A DNA stretch of 64,000 nt from a bacterium (GTDB lineage: Bacteria > Lernaellota > Lernaellaia > JACKCT01), in contig CAXXWT010000005.1 of the NCBI GenBank assembly GCA_963674685.2, positions 595,450 to 659,449 on the forward strand, in the 5' to 3' direction. The translations under genes were made by a program, and so were the position numbers. The notes below the pieces were generated by a model, which did not search any database, was not told where the DNA came from, and saw only the letters and a program-made list of their open reading frames with translations. Below are positions 1 to 9,520 of this stretch, piece by piece (position 1 is the first letter of the stretch; every line of letters begins with the position of its first letter).

Positions 1-81
1 CAGAACCCGTTTGCGATCTTTGCCCATTTTGCGCGTTCTGCGTTTTCTGATCGATTCAGTTTTTTTAGAATTGGAAGCCAT
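1..81 (-). CDS. 5' end of an unidentified ORF that runs off the window (MASNSKKTESIRKRRTRKMGKDRKRVL...)
   Basis: ATG at 79-81 (minus) is preceded by AGGTGGTGACC. The frame stays open to the window edge. The N-terminus is very basic and too short to assign. Confidence 0.25.
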   Translation of the reverse strand, partial: MASNSKKTESIRKRRTRKMGKDRKRVL

Positions 82-201
82 GGTCACCACCTGAAAGACT
101 ACAAATCGGCGGTCTGTATAGGCAATCGCGGCCCGAAAGTCAAGATCGGACTCACATTTCGTTGACATTGGGCCTTTGCCGCCCGTAGCATTGCTGGTCC
201 C

Positions 202-583
202 ATGATATTCGAAAACCTGATTTCGCGCCGATTCCAAAAAAGAATAAACCGCTTCGTAGCCCAGATGAATAATGATCATGGAGGTAAAAAGCTGCACGCT
301 GGTCGTTGATCGTCATGGTTTTTTTCCCGACGCCCCGACCACGCGAGGCGCCCGGCATCTCAGGGAATTGACCCGGCGCGCACAATCCGGCAAAAAGGCG
401 GCTGTTTTATTCTGCGTGCAGCGCAGCGACTGTGAAGCGGTTTCCCCGAACCGGGAAACGGATCCCGATTTCGCGCAGGCTTTGCAGGCCGCCGCGAGCG
501 CGGGCGTGGATATCCTGGCCGTGCGCTGCAACGTCGGCAAAAAAAGAATCGCCGTTTTTAACGGAATTCGGATTGAGTTGTGA
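202..583 (+). pseudogene. sfsA: sfsA (sugar fermentation stimulation protein A family) remnant with a large internal deletion and a frameshift
   Basis: Frame 1 (202-309) gives MIFENLISRRFQKRINRFVAQMNNDHG..., which matches the SfsA N-terminus (..RYKRFLADV...DG). Frame 2 (272-583) gives EVKSCTLVVDRHGFFPDAPTTRGARHLRELT...AVLFCVQRSD...GVDILAVRC, the SfsA C-terminal nuclease half. Roughly 110-120 central residues are absent and the two halves are out of frame. Confidence 0.6.
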
Positions 584-2376
584 AAAATAAATCGTTCTGG
601 AAATCATTTGGCGCGGATTTCGCGGTCGTCACAGTGCTGGCCGCGGCCGTCGTTTTCTTTTTGCCCTTCGGAGGCTTCGATTCATCCTCCCTGCCCTCGG
701 CGGATGACGACAGCGTTCGGGCATGGCTTGACGCCACGCTGTTCGACCAAACCATGCGCAGCGCGTTGGAAAGATACGGCGCGCTGCCGGGCCAGAATAT
801 TTATCTTAACGGCGGCATCCCCCTGGGCGCGCATCCCCTGGACGGCGCGTTGTCGCCCTTATCTTTGGCGCTTCACGACCTCGATGCGCTGACGGCGGTA
901 AAAATCAAAACGTTCCTGGCGGTATTCGCCGGGGCCGCGGCGCTTTTTCTGCTGGCCGGGCGGGCGGGCGCCGGCAGACTCGCATCCGCCACGGCGGCGC
1001 TGATTGTCCCCGCATCCGGTTTTGTTCAGCAGCGGATTATTACCGCGCCGCTTGACCTGCAGGTGCTTTTCGCCGCCTATGCCCTGGTCGTCGTTTTATA
1101 CGGATCGTGCGTCACGTCCTATTGCATCACCGCCGCCGTGCTGTTCGCCATCGCCGCCATGCAGTCCGGCTCCCTGATTTTCTTCGCGCCCGTCGCCCTG
1201 GTCTTGGCCGCTCTTATCCGGATCTACAGCGACGTCGAGGAGAAAAAAGACGCCGCCGCGTCGCTGGGTCTGATCCTGATGTTCGGATTGCTTTTTGCGA
1301 CCATCAAATGGCTGCCCGCCGTGGAGCTTTTGAAACTCAGATTCATGGAGTCGGCGGCGAAGAGTTTTCTCGTTCACCCGAACGTGGGATTGATCACGCG
1401 CGCCGGCCGGGGCATTTCCTTGTTGACGCCCGCCTTTGCCGGATGGCTCATCATTCCATTGTTGCTGGCGGCGGCGGCGGGATCGCGCATCGAAGGGCGG
1501 CGTGGAAAATTGTCGGCCCTGAGCCTGATTTTCCTTTTTATCACAATCCTGCCGCATGCTTCTTTGGACGTTAACGGCAAAGCGTCCGCGTGGATGGCGA
1601 TCAGATCCCTTTCCATGCCGCAATCCGTGGCGCCGGTTTTCGCCCTGATGACTCTGGGCGCCTTGTGCGCCCTGGCTTTTCACAAAATCCTCGAATGGAA
1701 AAAACCCGCCGGTTACGCTCTGACGGCGGTCTTTGCGGCGCTTCTGGCATTCGGCCATTTCAGCCGGGATATCCCCGACGGCGGTCAAATGCCCCAAAGC
1801 CCGGACCTGAGCCAATATCAAAATGCGCCGGACCGGGAGCCCGATTTTTTCCCGGTCCAGCTATACGATTCCAGGAAACACAAGGCGCTGACAAGTCATC
1901 ACCCGGCGCTTTTCGTCGCCCGACAGGCCGGCGTCGTCAACGGGCTGCAATTCTACGGCCCCAAAACCCGTGTTTCGCCGAAGATCAAAATTCGATCCGG
2001 CGCCGACAGAACCTGGAAAAACAAGCGATACAAAGGCGAGGTTTACTTCGGGCACAATCGCGGGAAAGTCCTGGATTACCAGGATCGCGGCAACCTCATG
2101 AAAGTATCGGTCAAGGCTTACAAGAAAGATTCCGACTTGATTTTCAACAGAAATTTCGATTCCGGCTGGAGCGCCGAAGGATACGAAACCGGACCTCTCA
2201 AAGGCCTTCTCGGCGTTCACCTGCCCGAACCGGGCGATTACGACATCACATTGGTTCATCGGCCGACCACAGCCCTGTATGGCGCATTTTTAAGCGGCGC
2301 CGCGGTATTTTTTGTCATGCTCTTTTCAGCCGTGGGATGGATCGCGCATAAGAGAAAAATGAAAGTTTGCAAGTGA
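580..2376 (+). CDS. polytopic integral membrane protein, function unknown
   Basis: 598-aa ORF with a GTG start overlapping the sfsA stop. It has many hydrophobic helices, a soluble C-proximal segment and a terminal TM. I recognised no catalytic motif. Confidence 0.6.
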   Translation: MKNKSFWKSFGADFAVVTVLAAAVVFFLPFGGFDSSSLPSADDDSVRAWLDATLFDQTMRSALERYGALPGQNIYLNGGIPLGAHPLDGALSPLSLALHDLDALTAVKIKTFLAVFAGAAALFLLAGRAGAGRLASATAALIVPASGFVQQRIITAPLDLQVLFAAYALVVVLYGSCVTSYCITAAVLFAIAAMQSGSLIFFAPVALVLAALIRIYSDVEEKKDAAASLGLILMFGLLFATIKWLPAVELLKLRFMESAAKSFLVHPNVGLITRAGRGISLLTPAFAGWLIIPLLLAAAAGSRIEGRRGKLSALSLIFLFITILPHASLDVNGKASAWMAIRSLSMPQSVAPVFALMTLGALCALAFHKILEWKKPAGYALTAVFAALLAFGHFSRDIPDGGQMPQSPDLSQYQNAPDREPDFFPVQLYDSRKHKALTSHHPALFVARQAGVVNGLQFYGPKTRVSPKIKIRSGADRTWKNKRYKGEVYFGHNRGKVLDYQDRGNLMKVSVKAYKKDSDLIFNRNFDSGWSAEGYETGPLKGLLGVHLPEPGDYDITLVHRPTTALYGAFLSGAAVFFVMLFSAVGWIAHKRKMKVCK

Positions 2377-2522
2377 CGGTTCGCGCGCCGGAAATACTGT
2401 TTTGATCTGCGTGTCCTGTGTTATAAGAGACTGTCGATAAGTGAAAATACGTCCGATTTTTGCTCATTTTGCGCATTTATCGACGATCTTATAATTAACG
2501 GGTATTTCAAAGGCTGACATTC

Positions 2523-3272
2523 ATGCCTAAAGCATTGCATGCGCTCTTGCCGACGCTGCTTCTCATCGCACTGACGCAGGTTCTCGCCTGCCATTTCTTT
2601 GCGGAAGATGACGAGTGTGATATCGACAATAATGCGGAAAACGCCGATGACGACAATGGCGACGACGATAACGACGCCGATGACGACAGCAATAATGACG
2701 ATGACGATGCGAATGACGATGTGAACGACGATGCGGACGATGATGATGTGAACGATGACGCCGACGACGATGCCGACGATGATTCACAGGGAACTTTCCG
2801 GCTTCTGTCGCCGACGCTGCGTGAAGGTGATTTCATCCCGGCTTCCTATACCTGCGACACCAACCTGGTCGAGTACCCCAACGGAGTTTCGCCGCCCCTG
2901 GGCTGGGTTTATCCTCCCGACGGCGCGCAGTCGCTGGTCGCCCTGATGATCAATGAGTCCGAAGACAACAGAGTTCACTGGGCGCTTATCAATATTCCCG
3001 CCGACTGTCAGTACCTGGACGAAGCCCTGAGTCCCGAGTCCGCGGACCTGCCGGGGGACTCCTGGGAAACCCGGAATGATTTCGACACGCGGGGATATCG
3101 GGGGCCGTGCCCGCCGGTGGGCGTGTTGTACACCTATCGCATCGAGATTCTCGCCCTGGATCGTATGATCGAAAAACCCGCGGATCAGCAAGTCAGCTAT
3201 GCGGCCATTGCGCAGGAAGTGGACGATGCTTTGATTGAAAGCAGTTCCTTTGAAGTGTTTTATCAGCATTGA
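2523..3272 (+). CDS. PEBP/YbhB-family (phosphatidylethanolamine-binding-like) lipoprotein with an Asp/Asn-rich linker
   Basis: Signal peptide with a lipobox-like VLAC, then a ~60-residue D/N low-complexity linker. The PEBP core follows (FIPASYTCD, SPPLGW, HWALINIP, YRGPCPP, YTYRIEILALD). Confidence 0.8.
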   Translation: MPKALHALLPTLLLIALTQVLACHFFAEDDECDIDNNAENADDDNGDDDNDADDDSNNDDDDANDDVNDDADDDDVNDDADDDADDDSQGTFRLLSPTLREGDFIPASYTCDTNLVEYPNGVSPPLGWVYPPDGAQSLVALMINESEDNRVHWALINIPADCQYLDEALSPESADLPGDSWETRNDFDTRGYRGPCPPVGVLYTYRIEILALDRMIEKPADQQVSYAAIAQEVDDALIESSSFEVFYQH

Positions 3273-3290
3273 AATCATAAAGAGGAAAAA

Positions 3291-3593
3291 ATGATCCATC
3301 GAGTCGCACGGATGAAACTGAAAAACCCCAAAGAAGCGAAGGCGGTTTTGGATGAATCCCGGCGCGTGTTTTTATCCTTTCCGGGCGTCGTGGGGTTTTC
3401 CGCCGGCCCCATCAATATCCCCGCGGATTACGAATACGACATCTGCCTGCTCATCGATCTTGAAAACGCGGACATGATCGAAACCTACCGCATGAGCCCG
3501 GGACACCGCGCATTCGTCGATGATTTCCTGAGGCCGAAACTGGAGAAGATGGAAATTTTCAACGTGGAACTGCCCTTAAAAAAGAACGTTTGA
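3291..3593 (+). CDS. Dabb (stress-responsive alpha/beta-barrel) domain protein
   Basis: 100 aa with AAGAGGAAAAAATG upstream. The layout is Dabb-like (HRVARMKLK..., ETYRMSPGHRAFV). Confidence 0.65.
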   Translation: MIHRVARMKLKNPKEAKAVLDESRRVFLSFPGVVGFSAGPINIPADYEYDICLLIDLENADMIETYRMSPGHRAFVDDFLRPKLEKMEIFNVELPLKKNV

Positions 3594-3695
3594 TATTGTT
3601 TTCATCATCGTATCCGGTATTCATGCGTCAGATAAAAGAGGCGAAAAATTTCCAAAAATATAAAAAATATTTTACTCGGCGATCCAAACGCATGG

Positions 3696-5789
3696 ATGCC
3701 CGTTTATAAATACTTTATCAAATTCCGATCCGCCGGCCGTAAAAAGCGCTCGCTGATACTTGCGGCGGCGACTTTTTATCTTTTCCTGAAATGTTATTTA
3801 TTTGCCAACCAACTCGTTGTTCCGGTCATTTCCTCCCTCGACGGCCTTTATGACGATAAAAAGGCATACTGCCTGCTCTTTCTCCAGATTCTGGGATTGA
3901 TCGTCCTGGCCTGCCTGCTGGTATTTATCGTCAGCCTGGCGACGGATCGGCCAAAAGAACAGCCTTTGAAAAAAAATTCCTTGTTTCGACACCCGTTGAT
4001 GACTTTTTTCGCGACCACATCGATTGTTCTCATTGTTGTCGGTTTCATCCCGACGGTTATTGCCAAAGTATTTTTTGACTTCGAAAAAGCTTTCTATGAT
4101 CCGATATGGCCGAGATCGCAATATTTTCATTCCATTGCCCTATTGGCTTTTTGCGTGGGATTTTTTCGGGCGGATATCAAAGTCTCCCGCGACCGGGTTC
4201 ACTGGTGGACGGCGCCTTTTTTTATTTTGCCCTTCCGTTTTTTCAACAGCTTCCCGCTGTTATGGTGGAGTTTTCTTTCCGCCTGGCTCCCGTCGCGCTA
4301 TTGGACTGCCTGGCGCATCCCTTTGACCCTGGCGACATGTTTTTTACCATTGCTTTCCTATCCCGAGTCCCAACCGATCCGCGACACCGTGCCCGCTTAC
4401 AAGGGAAAAGGCATGGTCGAGTTGGAAAAATACGGCGACAATTGCTACCAGATTGTCCGCGTCCCCGGCAAATACGAGTTTTACATGGTATGCACGAGCA
4501 TGATCGGGCATTTTACAAAGGGCGCCAAAGACGTATGGACGATGAAAGACAAAGTTGATTTTAACGTTCATTTCAATGAAGCTTCTTATAATTTCACCGA
4601 TAATAAAGCCTATGTTTTCAATTATCGAAATTCGTCGGTTCATGTCATCGATCTGGAAAGCATGTCCCAAATCGATGCGATACGGGTTCCCAGAAAAATG
4701 TTCCCGACAAGCTCCGTTGATTTCCATCAACTCTATGACAGCGCATCAAAAAGACTTTTTATCGCCGATTCCGCGGGCTTGGTATTGATCATAGATGTCG
4801 ATCGGCCTGAAATTATCCGTTCACTCTATATTCACGGCCCGAACGGCCTTGTCTCGTTTCTTTTGGACGAAGAAAAAAATTGTTTAATCCTTCTATTTTC
4901 ATATTCCGTCGGCATTCTCGATCTGGAGCAGGATTCGATCGTCCGAACGCTCACATTTCGGCACAGAACCGGGGGGATGGATTATATTCCGGAACATGGA
5001 GAAATCTTCGTCAGCTTTCCGGAAATCATGAAAATCGATGCATTTAAGTTTGACGACCTGGAAGTCTTGCGAAGCTATCACGCTCCTTTTGGAGTACGAA
5101 CCATTTGCGCGGACCCGGCCCATGAAGTCCTGATATCAACGTCATTAACCGGCTCGACGGAAGTCAGAAACCTCCTGTCCGGCGAGCTGATCCGGCGAAA
5201 CAAAACTGTCGCCTGGGCGCATTGGATTGAATTATTTCCCGAGATGGGAAAGGCTGTGATCAGCGCCGGAGCCTCCAATACCAGGATATGGAACTACCTC
5301 CAATCTTCCGGCAAACTGCCCTGGAAAACCCGCATGGAGATTGATATTGAAAAATGGCTGAACTATGTGTTCCTCAATGTGCGGCCGTTCAAAAGCATCG
5401 TTGGTGAAATGGCCTCGAAAGATATCAGGAAGACCTCTATGGCCGGACACGATACCAGCATTTTTATGGTGGGACCTTCCGGGGTGGAACGCTCCGATGG
5501 CCAGGCAATATTACAGCTTGCCGGTTATAACGTTTCGGTCATGAATTACGAAGAATTTCTCAAACGAGAGCCCTTCGGGAACTCCGGCGACGTTTTCATC
5601 GTCGATATTGACGGCCCCGATTCGTTGCCGGAAAAAATTATCCGGTCAATCGAGAAAAACAATACCGACGCACGGATAGTAAACGCCACAAGGGATCCGA
5701 ATCGTTGCACCGGCAGCGGATACGATTGTTTCACGATCCCTTATAACGATCCCATAGAAAATTATGAGGATGTAATCTCCTTGAATTGA
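3696..5789 (+). CDS. membrane-anchored beta-propeller-like protein with a degenerate receiver-like C-terminus
   Basis: 697-aa ORF. The N-terminal ~230 aa contain several TM helices. The middle has repeated strand-rich units resembling YVTN/lactonase-type propellers. The C-terminal ~120 aa resemble a receiver fold but lack the N-terminal acidic pair (IFMVGPS...DVFIVDIDGPDS...ARIVNATRD). The gene is visibly AT-richer than its neighbours. Confidence 0.55.
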   Translation: MPVYKYFIKFRSAGRKKRSLILAAATFYLFLKCYLFANQLVVPVISSLDGLYDDKKAYCLLFLQILGLIVLACLLVFIVSLATDRPKEQPLKKNSLFRHPLMTFFATTSIVLIVVGFIPTVIAKVFFDFEKAFYDPIWPRSQYFHSIALLAFCVGFFRADIKVSRDRVHWWTAPFFILPFRFFNSFPLLWWSFLSAWLPSRYWTAWRIPLTLATCFLPLLSYPESQPIRDTVPAYKGKGMVELEKYGDNCYQIVRVPGKYEFYMVCTSMIGHFTKGAKDVWTMKDKVDFNVHFNEASYNFTDNKAYVFNYRNSSVHVIDLESMSQIDAIRVPRKMFPTSSVDFHQLYDSASKRLFIADSAGLVLIIDVDRPEIIRSLYIHGPNGLVSFLLDEEKNCLILLFSYSVGILDLEQDSIVRTLTFRHRTGGMDYIPEHGEIFVSFPEIMKIDAFKFDDLEVLRSYHAPFGVRTICADPAHEVLISTSLTGSTEVRNLLSGELIRRNKTVAWAHWIELFPEMGKAVISAGASNTRIWNYLQSSGKLPWKTRMEIDIEKWLNYVFLNVRPFKSIVGEMASKDIRKTSMAGHDTSIFMVGPSGVERSDGQAILQLAGYNVSVMNYEEFLKREPFGNSGDVFIVDIDGPDSLPEKIIRSIEKNNTDARIVNATRDPNRCTGSGYDCFTIPYNDPIENYEDVISLN

Positions 5790-5800
5790 CGACTTTCGGT

Positions 5801-8800
5801 TCAGCGCCACTTTTCAGGCAGCAAAAGCTCCGTCTCATCGACGCCCCGTCGGGCCAGATCCTCTCTCAACTTGTCGAACTGGCGGGTCAGGACATTGTCC
5901 CGTCCCAGACCGAAACGGTCAATCAAGGCAAGGGATTTTTGATAAGGCTCTAAAGCCTCATCGCTGCTGTCGCCGTCGAGGAGCAAATGTCGCCCGCGCA
6001 CGCTGTGATAGACCACGCTGACTTTGGGATACTCATCGCCGCGAAGCAGTTCCCACGCCTCGTCGAGTCTTTCCTGAGCGTCGGCGCTGCGATTCGCCGT
6101 CATCAGAGCCGCGGCGTATTGACAAAGATCGTAGGAGCGAAACTCCTTGTCGCCCACCTCCTCGTAGATCTTCATGGCCTGCTCGTAATGGACCAGCGCC
6201 TCGTCCGTTTCCCCCTGCCCCACAAGCAGCAGCGCCAGATTGCCCAGCACGATGGCTTCGCTGCGCCGGTTGCCCACTTCACGGTGGATTTCCAAAGCCT
6301 TGCGGTGGTGAATCATGGCCTTATCGGGCTGTTTCGTGTCCTCGTATAAAATCGCCAGATTCGCCAGAGAAATTCCTTCCGAGCGCCGGTCGCCGATTTC
6401 CCCGGCGATGGCCAAAGCCGCGTTGTAAAATTTCGGCGCCTCGTCGAGCCGCCCCAACTCGTGATTCAATCCGCCCAGGTTGTTGAGAACCTTTCCTTCC
6501 ATAACCCTGTCGCCGGCGGCGCGGTGCGCTTCCAACGATTTTTTGTAATAACCCAGGGCGTCGTCGGATTTTCCCTGGTCGTCATATAAAATGCCGATGC
6601 TGTTGAGAACGCGGGCTTCCATCCCGGCCTCGTCGAGCTTGTGAAAAACTTCCAGGGCCGCTTCGTGCATTTTCAGAGCTTCGTCCTTGTTGCCGCGCTC
6701 GTTGGTCAAAATGCCCTTGCTGTGCAGGACAAGCCCCATAAGGCGCAAATTGCCGGCCTTATGCAGATTTGCCAGGGCCTCTTCATAATATTGCTGCGCT
6801 TCGTCCACGCGTCCCATTTCGCGGCACAACATGCCGTAGCGGCCCTGCGCTTCGCCCCGCCTGCCTGCCAGGTGCGGCCTGGATGTGAGTTCCATCATCC
6901 GTTCGAGAGTTTCCCGGCGCTGTTGATTTTTACCCGTCAGCGCCTGCATGGCTTCCAGCAGGTCCAGAATCTCGTATCGTTTTGCGTCCCACTTCTCGTC
7001 TTCCGGAAATTCGCCGATCCATTCGTAAAGCCGCAAAGACCAGCTCAATCCCTCGTCATTCAAATAAAGGCGTCGGCATCTTTTCTGCGCCCTCATGCCC
7101 CATTCGACGGCTTTTTCACTCTTTTGCGCTTCGTGCCAATGCGTTGCGATGATGCCCGACAGTTCGTCGGCGCCTTCCGGGAACAGCTCTTCCAGAGCCT
7201 GGGCCACGCATCGGTGCAAAATGATGCGGTTGTGCCGAAGCAGCGTCTCATAAGCCGTATTGCGCGTGATGATATGTTTGAACTGGTAATTGTCCCCGGA
7301 ACTCATGAGCATGCGACGGATAAAATCGCGGGTTTCGAGTTCGGAAAGAATCACGTCGTTATTGCCATTCAGCGAAAGTTTGTGCGCGACGGTCTTGTAT
7401 ACGTCCAGTGCGAATTCCATGCCGATGACCGAGGCCCTTTGCAATCCCTGCCTTGGTTCGGCCTCCAGATGATCCATGCGGGAACGCGCCAGGGCCGCCA
7501 GACTTGAAGGAACCTGGAGTTTTCCAGGATCCTCGGCCAGCGCCCATCCTTTTTCGGTCATTTGCAGCGCGCCGGATTCGATCATGGACAACACCAGTTC
7601 TTCCAGGCAAAACGGATTGCCCTGCGCCTGTTTGAGAATGAAATCCTCCACCTCCCTTGCCTGGTCCGCCGCGAGAATCTTGGTCATCTCCCCGTACGTT
7701 TCGGCCAGATCCCGGTCGACCTCGTAAGTCGCCGCGATCATATTCCGAATAATGCCCCGGCAGGCCTGCTCGTCGATGGGCGCCAGTTCGATCTCCCGGC
7801 TCTCCACGTACGCCGCGTGGAGTCTGGGCGCCGGCGCGTTCTCCCCTTCTTTTTCCGGCCTGTAGAGCAAAAGGAAAAACAGCGGACGGGGCGTGTCGCA
7901 GTTTTCCACCAGAAACTCCAGAACCTCGGCGGAGGATGCGTCCATCCAATGCGTGTCTTCCAAAATAATCACAGGGGCCTTTTCGCAGTGCCCCAGAGCC
8001 CGAAAAATGTTGCGCAGAGCTATGAGGGTTTCCCGGTTTTTGGCCTGTTCATCCAGGCTCGTCAGGCGCGGATCGTCGTGCGCAATGGAAAGAAGCTCCG
8101 CCAGAAACGGGGTGGAGCTTTTGAGCGCATCTTTAACCTGCGTTTCTTTGACCTGACTCCCGATGGCGGAAAGCTTTTCCTCCAGCTTCGCCCGGGCGTT
8201 TTTATCCCCGATGCCGATGCCGAAATGCGAGCGCAAAAGCGTGGTCCATATCCAGAACGACGGCTGCGCATAGGATAAAGTGCGTCCGTGCAATACCGGC
8301 GGCGCGCTTTGATCCTCCGGGTGCGCCACGCTCATGAGGAATTCGTGCGTCAGCCGCGACTTCCCGATGCCCGCTTCCGCCTTGAGTCCCACGGCAATGT
8401 GCTTGGCGCCGCCGCGGCGGTTTTGCTCCGCGGCGCTTGCCCGCAAAGACCAGGCCCGACTGAGCACGCGCAGTTCTCTGTCGCGGCCGAGCATGGGCGA
8501 TTTGGCCACGCGGGCCGCGCGTTCCCAGCGCTCCTTTTGGCCCTGGCCGACGCCCGTGGGACGGAAAGTGTGAATCGGTTCGGACTTGCCCTTGACGGTT
8601 ATCTCGCCCAGGTCTTCCCAGGCAAACAGATCCCGGCACTGCTCCCTGACGTGCGCGGTGACCTGCACGGTGTCGATTTTCGCGGTGGATTCCATGCGGG
8701 AAGCGAGATTCACCGCGTCGCCGGTGACGGTCATGTGCCCGGAAGGGTCCGGCGCCACGGTGACCCAGCCGGCGTTGACGCCCACGCGGGCCGCCAGCGT

Positions 8801-9187
8801 TATGCCCTTGGGGCCGAGCATGCCGTTGACTTCGCCCAGCGTGTCGAGCATGCGCGTCGCGCAGGTCACGGCCCGTGCGCAGTCGTTCTCGGCGGCCTTT
8901 TGCGCGCCGAAAAGAGCCATGATCAGATCGCCCTCGTACTTGTCCACGTATCCGCCGTGTCCCTCGACCACGCGGGAAAGAGTCTGCATGACGCCGGTGG
9001 TGATGCGATGGACGATCTCGTGATCGAGTTTTTCCGACATGGCCGTAAAGCCGGAAAGGTCCATGAACAGGATCGCCACTTCGCGCCGTTCGCCTTCTTC
9101 GAGCTGCTCGGTTTTATCGGCGGAAGGAACGGCGATGTCGGCAAGCTTCGCCAGATCCTCTTTTATAAGCGACGACCAGTCCTGCAT
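5801..9187 (-). CDS. class III adenylate/guanylate cyclase domain fused to an AAA/STAND-type NTPase and TPR repeats
   Basis: The N-terminus carries cyclase motifs (VAILFMDLSGFT, KYEGDLIMALFGA, GDAVNLASRMES). A P-loop follows (KAEAGIGKSRL), and the long C-terminus has many TPR-like A..Y/EEAL repeats. Confidence 0.85.
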   Translation of the reverse strand: MQDWSSLIKEDLAKLADIAVPSADKTEQLEEGERREVAILFMDLSGFTAMSEKLDHEIVHRITTGVMQTLSRVVEGHGGYVDKYEGDLIMALFGAQKAAENDCARAVTCATRMLDTLGEVNGMLGPKGITLAARVGVNAGWVTVAPDPSGHMTVTGDAVNLASRMESTAKIDTVQVTAHVREQCRDLFAWEDLGEITVKGKSEPIHTFRPTGVGQGQKERWERAARVAKSPMLGRDRELRVLSRAWSLRASAAEQNRRGGAKHIAVGLKAEAGIGKSRLTHEFLMSVAHPEDQSAPPVLHGRTLSYAQPSFWIWTTLLRSHFGIGIGDKNARAKLEEKLSAIGSQVKETQVKDALKSSTPFLAELLSIAHDDPRLTSLDEQAKNRETLIALRNIFRALGHCEKAPVIILEDTHWMDASSAEVLEFLVENCDTPRPLFFLLLYRPEKEGENAPAPRLHAAYVESREIELAPIDEQACRGIIRNMIAATYEVDRDLAETYGEMTKILAADQAREVEDFILKQAQGNPFCLEELVLSMIESGALQMTEKGWALAEDPGKLQVPSSLAALARSRMDHLEAEPRQGLQRASVIGMEFALDVYKTVAHKLSLNGNNDVILSELETRDFIRRMLMSSGDNYQFKHIITRNTAYETLLRHNRIILHRCVAQALEELFPEGADELSGIIATHWHEAQKSEKAVEWGMRAQKRCRRLYLNDEGLSWSLRLYEWIGEFPEDEKWDAKRYEILDLLEAMQALTGKNQQRRETLERMMELTSRPHLAGRRGEAQGRYGMLCREMGRVDEAQQYYEEALANLHKAGNLRLMGLVLHSKGILTNERGNKDEALKMHEAALEVFHKLDEAGMEARVLNSIGILYDDQGKSDDALGYYKKSLEAHRAAGDRVMEGKVLNNLGGLNHELGRLDEAPKFYNAALAIAGEIGDRRSEGISLANLAILYEDTKQPDKAMIHHRKALEIHREVGNRRSEAIVLGNLALLLVGQGETDEALVHYEQAMKIYEEVGDKEFRSYDLCQYAAALMTANRSADAQERLDEAWELLRGDEYPKVSVVYHSVRGRHLLLDGDSSDEALEPYQKSLALIDRFGLGRDNVLTRQFDKLREDLARRGVDETELLLPEKWR

Positions 9188-9520
9188 TATGCTCTTTTCA
9201 CTTTTGTTTTCGGCCTGATAAAAAGTTAAAAATCCCTGATTTTCAAAGCATGAAAGAATATAGCGACAAGATCAAGACATTTTCTGTTCAACCTCGATAA
9301 GCTTTTCGCGGATTCAAGTCAGGGTCCAGGATTCAGGGTTTAGGCTCTCGGCCCTGTAGACATATACGGCACAGCCGCCCCCGGCGGTGCTGTTGTCTAT
9401 TTAATACTCAGACTGCAGCAGCAATAATTTTGCAAGGGATTAAGCCGTCAAACACGACGTGACACGAAGCGGCCTCGTTGCTAAGATATATTTGCCGGAT
9501 ATCATTTTTTCGAGGTTTTC

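Noticed and set aside
2507-2836. A poly-Ser ORF and a His/Arg-rich ORF antisense to the PEBP linker. The poly-Val/Ile ORF at 34624-34833 is a similar case.
   Set aside because: They are artefacts of the GAY-repeat DNA that encodes the Asp-rich linkers on the other strand.
5801-9187. The cyclase-AAA/STAND-TPR protein considered as an Avs/STAND-type antiphage sensor, or as part of a cyclic-nucleotide defence system.
   Set aside because: The architecture (class III cyclase + AAA_16-like P-loop + TPR) is a widespread signalling-protein layout. No effector (nuclease, TIR, TM pore, SAVED/CARF) or partner gene is adjacent.
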